Positions 15,771 through 23,772 are shown, counted from the stretch's first letter. The stretch is DNA of 32,395 nucleotides from Corallococcus caeni (GCF_036245865.1 NZ_BTTW01000008.1:1-32395), one strand, 5' to 3'. A program made the numbers and translations. The notes: generated from the sequence alone by a model not told the origin.

Positions 15771-16235
15771 GTGTTCACCATCGACGAGCGCTACCGGGGC
15801 CTCCCCGCGAATCGCGACCAGGTGCTCGCGCTGCACCTGTCCCTCAACGCGCCGCACGTGGCGATTCCCGGCAAGCAGGCCGGGCCCGCGCAGGCCTTCG
15901 TGGTGGGGCTGCGCGGCGGGCAGGGCGCGGGCGTCTTCGTGTACCTGTACCTCGTGGAAGCGGGGGACTGCGCGGTGTACGTGTCCGGCCGGCGCATCCA
16001 GTCCGCGGACGAGCTGCGCGAGGACGAGGACGACGCGCTCGCGTTCGTGGAGTCGCTGGGCTTCATGATGGACAACGCGAACTGGCGTGCCGCGGCGCCC
16101 GCGCAGCAGGACGAGTGGCTCAAGACGCTGCCGGTGTTCTTCCGGGAGCCCACGCTCGTGCCCGCCGTGAAGGCCCGCGCCGAAGAGAAGCGCAACGTCG
16201 CCACCACCCTGGGCCGCTTCCTGGCCGCGTTCTGA
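15771..16235 (+). CDS. Hypothetical cytoplasmic protein (154 aa)
   Basis: GTG start 6 nt after GGGAG. High-GC3 codon usage consistent with a real gene. No recognisable motif. Confidence 0.55.
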   Translation: MFTIDERYRGLPANRDQVLALHLSLNAPHVAIPGKQAGPAQAFVVGLRGGQGAGVFVYLYLVEAGDCAVYVSGRRIQSADELREDEDDALAFVESLGFMMDNANWRAAAPAQQDEWLKTLPVFFREPTLVPAVKARAEEKRNVATTLGRFLAAF

Positions 16236-16258
16236 CCCTCCACCCCGGATTGGCACCC

Positions 16259-17017
16259 ATGTCCCGCATCACTTCCTCCTGCTTCCTCGCGTTCGCGCTC
16301 GCGTCGGCGGGCTGCGCGCACGTCCCCACGGAGAAGGAGCGCCGGAGCTCGGAGATCCACTACGACCTGGGCATCCAGGCCCAGCAGCACGGCCATGTGC
16401 AGGACGCGCTCGCGGAGTACCAGAAGGCGCTGGAGCAGAACCCGGACAACCCGGAGGCCCACAACGCGGTGGGGCTCCTGCTGCACCTGTCCTTCCGGCG
16501 GCTCGACGAGGCGTCGTCCCATTACGAGCAGGCGCTGAAGCTGCGGCCGTCCTTCTCCGACGCGCGCACCAACCTGGGCAACCTGCGCCTGGACCAGGGC
16601 CGCTACGACGACGCCATCAAGCTGTACGAGGAGTCGCTCAACGACATGCAGTACCGCTACGGCTTCTCCGCGCAGAACAACATGGGCTGGGCCCTCTACA
16701 AGAAGGGCGACACGGTGAACGCGCTGCAGAACATCAAGGCGGCCATCACCACCAACCCGGACTTCTGCCTGGGCTACAAGAACCTGGGTATCATCTACGA
16801 CGAGACGGGCAAGACGGAGGAGGCGTGCCGGCAGTTCGCGCACTACCGTGAGAAGTGCCCGGACGTGGCGGAGGCCTACCAGCGCGAAGGCGTTTGCCAG
16901 GCGAAGCTCGGGCGGGTGGACGAGGCGAAGGCTGCGTTCGCGGGCTGCGAGTCCAAGGCCCAGCCCAACGAGCAGGTGCTCAAGGACGACTGCCGCTCAC
17001 TGCTGGACCACCTCTAG
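16259..17017 (+). CDS. TPR-repeat outer-membrane lipoprotein (PilF/Tgl-like), Cys-rich C-terminus
   Basis: MSRITSSCFLAFALASAG|C carries a lipobox. At least 5-6 TPR units (AEYQKALEQNPDNPEAHNAVGLLL..., YEQALKLRPSFSDARTNLGNL..., GRYDDAIKLYEESL..., ALQNIKAAITTNPDF..., CRQFAHYREKCPDVAEAY...). Six Cys in the last ~70 aa. Size, lipoprotein type and position a few genes downstream of rpoC fit the Myxococcus social-motility lipoprotein Tgl, recalled from memory only. The 450-aa track ORF from 15665 is rejected. Confidence 0.75.
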   Translation: MSRITSSCFLAFALASAGCAHVPTEKERRSSEIHYDLGIQAQQHGHVQDALAEYQKALEQNPDNPEAHNAVGLLLHLSFRRLDEASSHYEQALKLRPSFSDARTNLGNLRLDQGRYDDAIKLYEESLNDMQYRYGFSAQNNMGWALYKKGDTVNALQNIKAAITTNPDFCLGYKNLGIIYDETGKTEEACRQFAHYREKCPDVAEAYQREGVCQAKLGRVDEAKAAFAGCESKAQPNEQVLKDDCRSLLDHL

Positions 17018-17038
17018 GCGCGGGGGCCCCGAAAGACC

Positions 17039-17425
17039 GTGGACCACGTCGACTTCGGCAAATACCTCAGCCAGCAGCGCGAGCTTCGCGGCCTGTCGCG
17101 CGAGGACGTCTCCCGGGAGACGAAGATTCCCCCCAGCCTCGTCGCGGCGCTGGAGGCGGGGCAGGTGGAGCGGCTGCCCGAGCGCGTGTTCGTGCTGAAC
17201 TACATCCGCGCGTACGCGCAGGTCATCGGCCTGTCGCCGGAGGAAGCGGCGCTGCGCTACGAGGAGGTGGACCGGGCCGTGCCCGCGCCTTCGCCGGTGC
17301 AGCTCGAGAAGGAGCGGCGCAAGCGGGCGTACATCATCCTGGCCGTGCTGCTGGCGGTCCTGCTCCTGGGCGCGGCCCTGTTCCTGGTGCTGTCCGGGAA
17401 GCTTCCGCCCCCCACGGCGCGTTGA
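17039..17425 (+). CDS. Small HTH (XRE/RodZ-N-terminal-like) protein with a C-terminal transmembrane helix
   Basis: The HTH is ...LSQQRELRGLSREDVSRETKIPPSLVAALEAG.... The C-terminal membrane helix is AYIILAVLLAVLLLGAALFLVLSG. GTG start. Confidence 0.55.
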   Translation: MDHVDFGKYLSQQRELRGLSREDVSRETKIPPSLVAALEAGQVERLPERVFVLNYIRAYAQVIGLSPEEAALRYEEVDRAVPAPSPVQLEKERRKRAYIILAVLLAVLLLGAALFLVLSGKLPPPTAR

Positions 17426-17434
17426 AGAGGGGTT

Positions 17435-18169
17435 ATGGAGCGGTACGCCGACGACGCGTTCGTGCTGTCCACGGTCGACTATGGTGAGTCCGACCGGATG
17501 GTGACGTTGCTGACGCGCGAGCACGGCAAGCTGACCGCGTTCGCCGCGGGAGCGCGCAAGAGCAAGCGCCGGTTCGCGGGGGCGCTGGAGCCGTTCATGC
17601 GGCTGCGCGTGCAGCTCGTGGAGACGCGCGGCAGCACGGTGCGGTTGGACTCGGCGGACATCGTTGCGGGCTTCTACGCCGCGCGCGAGGACCTGTCGCT
17701 CATCGCCCGGGCGCTGTACGCGGTGGAGCTGTGCCGCGAGCTCACGCGCGACCATGAGCCGCACCCGGAGCTGTTCGAGCTGGTGGAGGGCTACCTGCAC
17801 CGGCTGGACGCGAAGGAGGCCGGGCCCACGTCGTTGCTTGCGTTCGAGCTGGCGGCGCTGGCGCAGGCTGGCTTGATGCCGCGCTTCGACTCCTGCTCCC
17901 TGTGTGGCGGCCAGCCCGGTGAGCGGCCCCGGTTCGATCAAGGCCACGGTGGCGCGGTGTGCGAGCCGTGTGGCGGACGCGCGCGTGATTCCGTGGCGGT
18001 GCCGGTGGCGCTGCTGTCCGGCCTGCGGTCGCTCCAGGAAGGCGCGCGCACGCCGCTGCCTCCGGACCTTCGCGCTCGGGCGCGGGGACTGCTCAACGTC
18101 TTCATCGCGCACCACCTGGGCCGCAAGCTCAAGAGCGTGGACTTCATGGCGCAGGTGGGCCTGGACTGA
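17435..18169 (+). CDS. recO: DNA repair protein RecO
   Basis: MERYADDAFVLSTVDYGESDRMVTLLTREHGKLTAFAAGARKSKRRFAGALEPF... is a RecO N-terminal OB fold. The C-terminal zinc-finger cysteines are CSLCGG...CEPCGG. Confidence 0.9.
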   Translation: MERYADDAFVLSTVDYGESDRMVTLLTREHGKLTAFAAGARKSKRRFAGALEPFMRLRVQLVETRGSTVRLDSADIVAGFYAAREDLSLIARALYAVELCRELTRDHEPHPELFELVEGYLHRLDAKEAGPTSLLAFELAALAQAGLMPRFDSCSLCGGQPGERPRFDQGHGGAVCEPCGGRARDSVAVPVALLSGLRSLQEGARTPLPPDLRARARGLLNVFIAHHLGRKLKSVDFMAQVGLD

Positions 18170-18204
18170 CGACTGTCAGCGCGCGGTCCCGAGGGGGCAG
18201 TGTC

Positions 18205-19230
18205 ATGCACGAGGCCGGACCGCTGGACGTGGTGTGTGTCGGCGAGACGCTGGTGGACTTCCTTCCCGTGTCGGGCGGCGCCACGCGCGTGCGAGACGTG
18301 GAGGCCTGGAAGCCATCGCCGGGGGGCTCGCCGGCCAACGTCTCCGTGGGGCTTGCGCGGCTGGGCTTGCGCTCGGCGATGGTGGGCGTGGTGGGCTCCG
18401 ACGAGTTCGGTCACTTCCTGCGCGACCGGCTGGCGGCGGACGGCGTGGACGTCAGCCGCCTGCGCCAGGTGGACCACGCCCGCACGGGCCTGCTGTTCGT
18501 CTCGTTGGATGCGCACGGCGAGCGCAGCTTCACGTACTTCCGGACGCGTTCGGCGGAGTTCCTGCTGGATGACTCGGACGTGGATGGCGACTTCGTGCGC
18601 CGTGCGAAGGCGCTGCACTGTGGCTCCAACTCCCTGCTCCTGCCGGAGGCGCGCGAGGCGATGGTGCGCATGCTCACCCTGGCGCGTGAGGCCGGGATGC
18701 TGGTGAGCTGTGATCCGAACCTGCGGTTGCACGTGTGGGAACGGCCGGAGGAGCTGCGCGTCCTCCTGGGCCGCATGCTGCCGCTGTGCACGGTGGTGAA
18801 GCTGTCCGAGGAGGAGATCCACTTCGCGACCGGCGAGCACTCGCCCGAGGCGGCTTTGCACGTCCTGGCCGCTCGGGGCGTGCGGCTGCCCGTGGTGACG
18901 CTGGGCCCTCGCGGCGCGGTGTTCCTCTGGCAGGGGGAGGTCCTCTCCGTACCCGCTCCCCAGGTGACGGTGGTGGACACGACGGGCGCTGGGGACGGCT
19001 TCGTGTCCGCGATGTTGACCGGGCTGGTGCGGTGGTACGGCGACGCGCGCTCGCTGGAAGGGGCGACGCGCGAGGACCTGGTCGCGCTGATGACCTTCGC
19101 CGCGGCCGTGGGGGCTCGGGTCGTGACGAAGCTGGGCGCGGTCGCGGCGCTCCCGTTGGCGTCCGAGGTCGAGGGGCTGCTGCCCACGCGGCCTTCCATG
19201 GCCGACGCCGCGCGACGCATCGCGCGCTGA
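18205..19230 (+). CDS. PfkB-family carbohydrate kinase (fructokinase/KdgK-like)
   Basis: GGSPANVSVGLARLG (N-terminal substrate lid) and VVDTTGAGDGFVSAML (ATP/anion-hole motif) are the ribokinase/PfkB hallmarks. 341 aa. Confidence 0.85.
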   Translation: MHEAGPLDVVCVGETLVDFLPVSGGATRVRDVEAWKPSPGGSPANVSVGLARLGLRSAMVGVVGSDEFGHFLRDRLAADGVDVSRLRQVDHARTGLLFVSLDAHGERSFTYFRTRSAEFLLDDSDVDGDFVRRAKALHCGSNSLLLPEAREAMVRMLTLAREAGMLVSCDPNLRLHVWERPEELRVLLGRMLPLCTVVKLSEEEIHFATGEHSPEAALHVLAARGVRLPVVTLGPRGAVFLWQGEVLSVPAPQVTVVDTTGAGDGFVSAMLTGLVRWYGDARSLEGATREDLVALMTFAAAVGARVVTKLGAVAALPLASEVEGLLPTRPSMADAARRIAR

Positions 19231-19308
19231 CGGGAAGCGCCGTGCCGGGTCAGGCTCGCGTGCTTCGCTGCGTCCGCCGTGGCCCACCATCCCACGCAGG
19301 AGGGACCG

Positions 19309-20598
19309 ATGAGTGACACCCGAGAGACCTCTTCCTCCACCCCGTCGCGGGTCCGGGGATTGGAGCAGATCGACCGGCTGTCCGTGCCCCTGCCGCACGG
19401 CACGGAGGTCACGACGCGCGTGGAGCGCGTGGCGTCCGCGGGGCGCCGGATTCCGCAGGGCGTGGTTGGCCGCGTGGTGCGCGCGCATGACGGCGGCTTC
19501 GACGTGCAGATCGTCGGCGTGGGCGAGGTGTGGTTCGCGCGCGATGAGCTGGTCCCCCGGCGCGCGGGACAGGTGCAGTTCGCCCAGCGTCGCGAGGCGG
19601 CCTGGGGCGCTCTGCGGCCCTGCGTCGTGCTGGAGACGCGCGTGGGCAGTCACGCGTGGGGGCTCGCGGACGAGCGCTCCGACGTGGACGTTCGCGGTGT
19701 CTTCGCGCTGCCCCTGCCGTGGACGCTGGGCCTGGGGCAGCCGCCGCAGGACCTGGTGAGCGCGGATGGCAGCACCACGTACTGGGAGGTCCGCAAGACG
19801 GTGGAGCAGGCGCTGCGCGCGGATCCGAACACGCTGGAGACCCTCTTCGTCCCTGGCGCGACGGCGGTGGACGAGCTGGGCACGTGGGTGCTGGAGGCGC
19901 GCGAGGCGTTCGTCTCCAAGGCCATCTTCGGCAGCTTCGGACGCTACGCCATGAGCCAGCTCGACAAGCTCACCCGTAGCCAGCGGCTGGCCGAGCACCG
20001 CGACCTGCTCCTCGCGTGGCTGTGCGAGGAGCCCACGCCGGACCTGGACGAGGTGGCCCGGCGTCTGGCCGCCGTGTCGCCCCGCGCCGCGCCCACGCCC
20101 GAGGACGGGGTGCTCGCGGCGAAGACGTATGTCAAGCAGCTCTACCGCTCGCTCTGGGATCAGGGGCTGCTCGCGGCGAACGACTTCGCGGCGCTCACGG
20201 CGTACGCGCGCGGCGGTGGCCAGCGTCCGCCGTCCGCTCGGGAGCTGCGGCCGAAGAACGCCTACAACCTGCTGCGGCTGGTGGCGCTGGCGACGGGGTG
20301 GTTGCGCGACGGCGTGCCGACCTTCGAGGCGACGGGGGCGCTGAAGGCGCGGCTGCTCGACATCAAGGGCGGACAGGTGCCTCTGGAGGACGTGCTGCGC
20401 GACGCCGAGGCGATGGCGCCGGGGCTGGAGGCCGCGCACCGCGAGAGCCGGCTGCCGGAGCACCCGGACTACGCCCGCGCGGACCGGCTGCTGCGGCGGG
20501 TAGGGGACGAGGTGGCTCGGCGCTGGGTCTTGAAGACGCCGGGACCGCTGGGCCGCGATGCGCCGGAAGCCCCGGCACTGGAAGGAGGGACGGAATGA
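19309..20598 (+). CDS. Pol-beta-superfamily nucleotidyltransferase (PF10127/RlaP-like core) with an unassigned N-terminal domain of about 110 aa
   Basis: ATG at 19309 is 4 nt after GGAGGG. NTase signature VGSHAWGLADERSDVDVRGVF (GS at 19645, DxD at 19681-19689). Downstream KNAYNLLRLVALATGWLRDG is a helix block typical of PF10127 as remembered. Stop overlaps the next ATG (ATGA). Confidence 0.65.
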   Translation: MSDTRETSSSTPSRVRGLEQIDRLSVPLPHGTEVTTRVERVASAGRRIPQGVVGRVVRAHDGGFDVQIVGVGEVWFARDELVPRRAGQVQFAQRREAAWGALRPCVVLETRVGSHAWGLADERSDVDVRGVFALPLPWTLGLGQPPQDLVSADGSTTYWEVRKTVEQALRADPNTLETLFVPGATAVDELGTWVLEAREAFVSKAIFGSFGRYAMSQLDKLTRSQRLAEHRDLLLAWLCEEPTPDLDEVARRLAAVSPRAAPTPEDGVLAAKTYVKQLYRSLWDQGLLAANDFAALTAYARGGGQRPPSARELRPKNAYNLLRLVALATGWLRDGVPTFEATGALKARLLDIKGGQVPLEDVLRDAEAMAPGLEAAHRESRLPEHPDYARADRLLRRVGDEVARRWVLKTPGPLGRDAPEAPALEGGTE

Positions 20599-21383
20599 AG
20601 GGCAAGGTGACGGACCATCAGGAGCGGATGGCGGACCGCGTGCTGGACGCCGAGTCCCTCCAGCGCGAGCACCTGGTCATCTCACTGTCCGGCGCGCATG
20701 CGTACGGCTTCCCGTCGCACGACAGTGACCTGGACCTCAAGGCCATCCACATCGCGCCCACCGCCGCGCTCCTCGGTCTCCAGCCCCGGCACGTGCCGGC
20801 GGAGCGGCTGGAAGTGCTGGAGGGCGTGGAGGTGGACTACTCGTCCAACGAGCTGCAGCCCGTGCTGCTGGGCATTCTCCAGGGCAACGGCAACTACATC
20901 GAGCGGGTGCTGGGCGCCATCACCGTGCGGGCCCTGCCGGAGCTGGAGACGCTGCGACCGCGGGTTCGCGCCGTGCTGTCGCGGCGCATCCACCGGCACT
21001 ACCGCGGCTTCGCGCAGGGGCAGCTCCGCGAGTGGGAGAAGAGCGGCTTCCGCTCCGTGAAGAAGCTGCTGTACGTCCTGCGCACCACGCTCACCGGAAC
21101 GCATGCGCTGCGCACGGGCGAGGTGGAGACGGACGTCACCGCGCTGCTGGAGCCGTATGGCTTTGGCGAGGCCCACGCGCTGGTGGAGCGCAAGCGGCGC
21201 GGCGAGCGCATCGAGTTGACCGACGCGCTCAGCGAACAGTGGCAGCGGGAGGTGGCGCGCGCCTTCGCGGTGCTCGAGGCGGCGGACGCGGCCTCCATGT
21301 TGCCCCTGGAGCCACAGCCGGCGGCCGTGGCCGCGCTCGAGGGCTGGATGCTCGACGTGCGGCGACAGCGGTTCGGCGCCTAA
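20595..21383 (+). CDS. Pol-beta-superfamily nucleotidyltransferase (PF10127/RlaP-like), core-only paralog
   Basis: ATG 6 nt after GGAGG. LSGAHAYGFPSHDSDLDLKAIH (G at 20691, D-x-D at 20727-20735). KKLLYVLRTTLTGTHALRTG is the paralogous C-terminal helix. 262 aa. The track start at 20016 is rejected. Confidence 0.65.
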   Translation: MKGKVTDHQERMADRVLDAESLQREHLVISLSGAHAYGFPSHDSDLDLKAIHIAPTAALLGLQPRHVPAERLEVLEGVEVDYSSNELQPVLLGILQGNGNYIERVLGAITVRALPELETLRPRVRAVLSRRIHRHYRGFAQGQLREWEKSGFRSVKKLLYVLRTTLTGTHALRTGEVETDVTALLEPYGFGEAHALVERKRRGERIELTDALSEQWQREVARAFAVLEAADAASMLPLEPQPAAVAALEGWMLDVRRQRFGA

Positions 21384-21477
21384 GCCGCTTTCCCGGGGCT
21401 CCTGGCTCCGGGGGGCGAGCCGTCTGCAAAGACGATCATCGACCTGGGAGGGTTCGGCGGGTAACATCCGCCCCGCC

Positions 21478-23763
21478 ATGAGCATGCAGGGTGGCGCCGG
21501 AGAAGATCCCGACCGGGGGCGGCGCATCGGAAAGTACGAGATCCTCACCCGCCTTTCGATGGGAGGGATGGCGGAGCTGTTCCTCGCGTTCACCTCCGGC
21601 CCCGGTGGCTTCCGCAAGTTCGTGGCGGTGAAGCAGATCCTCCCCGACATCAAGAAGGACGACCAGTTCGTCAAGATGTTCCTGGACGAGGCGCGCATCA
21701 CCGCGGCCTTCTCGCACGCGAACATCGGACAGGTTTTCGACCTGGGGGAGGAGGACGGCGAGCTGTACCTCGCCATGGAGTTCCTGCCCGGCCAGAACCT
21801 GGAGCAGGTGGTGAAGATGGCGGAGCGGCGCAAGTACGCGCTGCCGCTGGGCTTCTGCGCGCGCGTCATCCGCGACACGTGCCTGGGCCTGCACTACGCC
21901 CACCACTTCATGGATCCGTCGGGCCGCCCCGTGGCGGTGGTGCACCGCGACGTGTCGCCGAAGAACGTGATGCTCACCTACGACGGCGTCGTGAAGGTGA
22001 TCGACTTCGGCATCGCCAAGGCGCGCGGCAAGCTGGGCCGCACCCAGGTCGGCACCGTGAAGGGGACCAGCGGCTACATGTCCCCGGAGCAGGTGCGCAA
22101 CAAGGACCTGGATGGCCGCAGCGACCAGTTCTCCACGGGCGTGATGTTCCACGAACTGCTGGCCGGTCAGCGCCTGTTCAACGCGCCGGGCGAGGCGGCC
22201 GTGATGATGCAGATCGTGGACGGGGAGATCCCCGCGCCGCGCTCGCTCAACCCGGCCGTGCCGGAGGCCCTGGAAGCGGTGGTGCTCAAGGCGCTGTCGC
22301 GCGACGCGGCCCAGCGCTTCGGCACCTGCCGGGAGATGGCGCGCGCCATCGAGGCCACGCTGGGCGCCGAGCTGTTCGACGAAGACCAGCTGACCGCCGT
22401 CATGGGCGAGCTCTTCGAGGAGAAGCGCCAGAAGACGCGCACCCTCCTGGAGCTGGCCAGCCGCGCCGAGGACGCCCGCGTCAGCGAGGCCGCCGGCGCG
22501 CTCCAGGCGGAGGAGGGCACGGATCAAGCCGCCTCCGCGGCCACCGCGCAGGTGAAGTCGCCGCACGCGGAAGCCCCGCAGCCGGACGTCGCCGCGTCCT
22601 TCAAGCCCACGCCCGTCCGCCGCGCCGCGGCCGAGTCCGCGACGCCCGCACCGCGCGCGACCCCGCGCTCCACCGCGGAAGCCCCAGAGGCCCGCGCCTC
22701 CCGCGTCAACACGCCGGCCGTGACTCCGCGAGCCCAACGGCCCGCGGGTTCGGACGCGGCGCCCATTCCCCGGGTCATCCGTCCTCCCGCGGACGCCGTG
22801 CGGCCCTCCAGGGCACGCCCCACCGCGCGGCCCGAACCCGCCGAAGCCCGGAGCGCGCCCCCGGCGGACTCGCTGATGGACCCGCCCAGCGATCTCCAGA
22901 CGCAGCGCTTCCGGACGCGTCCGGCGCGGGGCACCGCACGTCCGTCCCGCCAGGCGGAGGAGGAGGTGGCCGAAGCGCCTCCCTCGGCCACGCCTGCCCG
23001 CGAGGGCTCCGGCTGGGGCATGCGGCTGCTGCTGCTGCTCATCCTGGGGGGCGTGGGCTACCTGGCGACGCTCGAACCCGTGCGCCGCGTGTTCATGCCC
23101 GCGTACGACTCCGCGAAGCAGTGGGTGAAGGCGGAGCTGGATCCGGCCCCGCCCGTGGACCCCGCCGCGAGCGGGCAGTGGCCGCCGAAGCCCTCCGGTC
23201 CTCCGCCGGGCTTCGCGCAGAAGACCGAAACCCCGGCGCCCGAGAAGTCGCCGGAGGTGGAGCCGACTCCGCCCGAGCCCGTGGTGGAGGCGACGCCCGC
23301 CGACACGAAGAAGACGCCCGCGGGGAAGGGGGGCCGCAAGACGAAGCCGGCCCCCAGCGCTCCGGCCGCCACTCCCACCACGCCCGTGGTGGCGGCGACG
23401 GCCGAGCCGCGCCCCGCGAAGCCCGAGCCGTCGGAGCGGGCCCCGGAGCCCGTCACCACCGTCACGCAGGCCGAGAACCCGGAGGTGCTGGACACCTCCA
23501 CCTCGAAGGGCGCGGCGAAGGCGGGCCTGGGGTGGCTGACGCTTTACACGGTGCCAAAGAACGCGGCGGTGTTCGACGGCGCCACGCAGCTGGGCACGTC
23601 CCCGCTGATCAAGTTCCCCCTGCCCATCGGGACGTACCGGCTGCGCGTGGTGGACCCGCAGGACCCCGGCGGAACGAGCAAGCTGTTGTCCGCTCCCATT
23701 CGTCCGGGCGAGGTGACGAAGCTGCAGATTCGACTGGTCGACCTCCCGGCCTACGCGGACTGA
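21478..23763 (+). CDS. Ser/Thr protein kinase with a Pro/Ala-rich linker, single TM helix and C-terminal PEGA domain
   Basis: Hanks motifs GKYEILTRLSMGGMAELF (Gly loop), VAVK, HRDVSPKNVML, DFGIAK, GTSGYMSPE. TM helix is GWGMRLLLLLILGGVGYLATL (~23019-23080). PEGA-like C-terminus is GWLTLYTVPKNAAVFDGATQLGTSPLIKFPLPIGTYRLRV. Confidence 0.9.
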   Translation: MSMQGGAGEDPDRGRRIGKYEILTRLSMGGMAELFLAFTSGPGGFRKFVAVKQILPDIKKDDQFVKMFLDEARITAAFSHANIGQVFDLGEEDGELYLAMEFLPGQNLEQVVKMAERRKYALPLGFCARVIRDTCLGLHYAHHFMDPSGRPVAVVHRDVSPKNVMLTYDGVVKVIDFGIAKARGKLGRTQVGTVKGTSGYMSPEQVRNKDLDGRSDQFSTGVMFHELLAGQRLFNAPGEAAVMMQIVDGEIPAPRSLNPAVPEALEAVVLKALSRDAAQRFGTCREMARAIEATLGAELFDEDQLTAVMGELFEEKRQKTRTLLELASRAEDARVSEAAGALQAEEGTDQAASAATAQVKSPHAEAPQPDVAASFKPTPVRRAAAESATPAPRATPRSTAEAPEARASRVNTPAVTPRAQRPAGSDAAPIPRVIRPPADAVRPSRARPTARPEPAEARSAPPADSLMDPPSDLQTQRFRTRPARGTARPSRQAEEEVAEAPPSATPAREGSGWGMRLLLLLILGGVGYLATLEPVRRVFMPAYDSAKQWVKAELDPAPPVDPAASGQWPPKPSGPPPGFAQKTETPAPEKSPEVEPTPPEPVVEATPADTKKTPAGKGGRKTKPAPSAPAATPTTPVVAATAEPRPAKPEPSERAPEPVTTVTQAENPEVLDTSTSKGAAKAGLGWLTLYTVPKNAAVFDGATQLGTSPLIKFPLPIGTYRLRVVDPQDPGGTSKLLSAPIRPGEVTKLQIRLVDLPAYAD

Positions 23764-23772
23764 CAGCCGTCC

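Noticed and set aside
16252-16257. TGGCAC hexamer resembling the sigma54 -24 element.
   Set aside because: It sits directly on the start codon of the TPR lipoprotein gene (TGGCACCCATG) with no TTGC -12 element at the correct spacing. It is coincidental.
15791-16843. 350-aa minus-strand ORF antisense to the hypothetical and TPR lipoprotein genes. Also the 450-aa + ORF 15665..17017 as a single gene.
   Set aside because: The + strand TPR repeats and lipobox are clear. The 450-aa ORF is an upstream frame extension crossing two other genes. The real start is ATG 16259.
16997-20463. Minus-strand ORFs of 372 aa (16997..18115) and 841 aa (17938..20463) antisense to recO, pfkB and NTase1.
   Set aside because: No motifs and extreme Arg/Ala/Gly composition. 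The + strand genes have diagnostic RecO, PfkB and NTase signatures.
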